Shown one piece after another: positions 62,601 through 64,000 of a stretch of 64,000 bases of DNA. The stretch is from positions 868,001 to 932,000 of the forward strand of contig NC_090602.1 in assembly GCF_000497125.1 (NCBI RefSeq). The letters are read 5' to 3'. This DNA is from Spironucleus salmonicida (lineage: Eukaryota). The notes beneath the pieces are model-generated. The model was not told where the DNA came from, made no database searches, and saw only the letters and a program-made list of their open reading frames with translations. Position 1 is the stretch's first letter. Every line of letters begins with the position of its first letter. Made by a program: the position numbers and the translations under genes.

Positions 62601-64000
62601 TGAACAAAGTTCCAGATGAACCCTGGGAGGACCAGCGGCTATCCACTCTGCTAGAGCTGCTGAAAGCTCTATTAGTGCACTGTCCATTGTTTATCAATAC
62701 GAAAGTATAGTAAAACATGTAGGTTATTTTATTTGGCCTCAAGAACTAATAGATTAGACTAGATGTTGCAGATTGCCTAGAAATTATCAAGAAGAATCCT
62801 GTAAATGATTTGCTAAAGTTTTAAAAACATTAGGTCATCGTCAGCGTCGTCAATATTGTCAGAGATATCAAAAGTGTTACTAAAAATACCATCGGCCTGT
62901 CATAGGACATTTAGGATGCCATTGCGCAATAAGATGTGAAAGCTATTCTGAACAAAGTTACAGATGAACCCTGGGAGGACCAGCGGCTATCCACTCTGCT
63001 AGAGCTGCTGAAAGCTCTATTAGTGCACTGTCCATTGTTTATCAATACGAAAGTATAGTAAAACATGTAGGTTATTTTATTTGGCCTCAAGAGCTAATAG
63101 ATTAGACTAGATGTTGCAGATTGCCTAGAAATTATCAAGAAGAATCATGTAAATGATTTGCTAAAGTTTTAAAAACATTAGGTCATCGCCAGCGTCGTCA
63201 ATATTGTCAGAGATATCAAAAGCGTTACTAAAAATACCATCGGCCTGTCATAGGACATTTAGGATGCCATTGCGCAATAAGATGTGAAAGCTATTCTGAA
63301 CAAAGTTACAGATGAACCCTGGGAGGACCAGCGGCTATCCACTCTGCTAGAGCTGCTGAAAGCTCTATTAGTGCACTACCCATCTATTTTAACAGATTCA
63401 TTTTGTACCTGTATAACGAATATTTTAACTTAGATTTCTTAGCAGAATGACTTACTTTTAGATTTATCAAAAGTTTTGTCCAACGATGAGGGAATCCAGA
63501 ACTAGTTTATACGTTAGTAAACTAGTGAAGTCATCGCCAGCGTCGTCAATATTGTCAGAGATATCAAAAGCGTTACTAAAAATACCATCGGCCTGCCATA
63601 GGACATTTAGGATGCCATTGCGCAATAAGATGTGAAAGCTATTCTGAACAAAGTTCCAGATGAACCCTGGAAGGACCAGCGGCTATCCACTCTGCTAGAG
63701 CTGCTGAAAGCTCTATTAGTGCACTACCCATCTATTTTAACAGATTCATTTTGTACCTGTATAACGAATATTTTAACTTAGATTTCTTAGCAGAATGACT
63801 TACTTTTAGATTTATCAAAAGTTTTGTCCAACGATGAGGGAATCCAGAACTAGTTTATACGTTAGTAAACTAGTGAAGTCATCGCCAGCGTCGTCAATAT
63901 TGTCAGAGATATCAAAAGCGTTACTAAAAATACCATCGGCCTGCCATAGGACATTTAGGATGCCATTGCGCAATAAGATGTGAAAGCTATTCTGAACAAA
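56679..64000 (+). CDS. Giant tandem-repeat protein (>2400 codons, runs off the window); 1-nt frameshift at 61235/61236 in this sequence
   Basis: No in-frame TGA from 56679 to the frameshift; about 660-aa unique N-terminus, then 116-aa amphipathic helical repeats; invisible to the ORF track because of TAA/TAG density. Confidence 0.8.
58659..64000 (+). repeat. Tandem array of at least 16 x 348-bp units (195-bp constant + 153-bp variable)
   Basis: Unit starts 58659, 59007, 59355, 59703, 60051, 60399, 60747, 61095, 61442, 61790, 62138, 62486, 62834, 63182, 63530, 63878. Confidence 0.97.

Noticed and set aside
58659-64000. CRISPR-like repeat/spacer array
   Set aside because: Eukaryotic, 195-bp repeats, recurring rather than unique spacers, frame-preserving, no cas genes

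Overview
Gene-dense eukaryotic DNA with no introns detected, from a hexamitid diplomonad, most consistent with Spironucleus salmonicida or a close relative. TAA/TAG encode Gln and TGA is the only stop, very often within AGTGA. The supplied standard-code ORF track therefore fragments most genes, so coordinates here were re-derived by hand with translation table 6. Recognisable genes: RPL11, two tRNA-Asp(GTC), two SLC35F6-like transporters, a 3-RRM protein, two inverted copies of a 2020-aa Sin3-like co-repressor, ARL3, an ankyrin protein, ALDH3, LRR proteins, a DYRK kinase, a TRF4-like poly(A) polymerase, an RJL GTPase and MTR4, plus divergent candidates for profilin, RNase H2 subunit C and thiamine pyrophosphokinase. 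The window has one direct and three interlocked inverted duplications; all are near-identical and GC-rich, and each truncates a neighbouring gene. It ends in a giant ORF built of 348-bp units, each a constant 65-aa block followed by one of two unrelated 51-aa cassettes in irregular order. All family calls are by eye from motifs; no searches were run.
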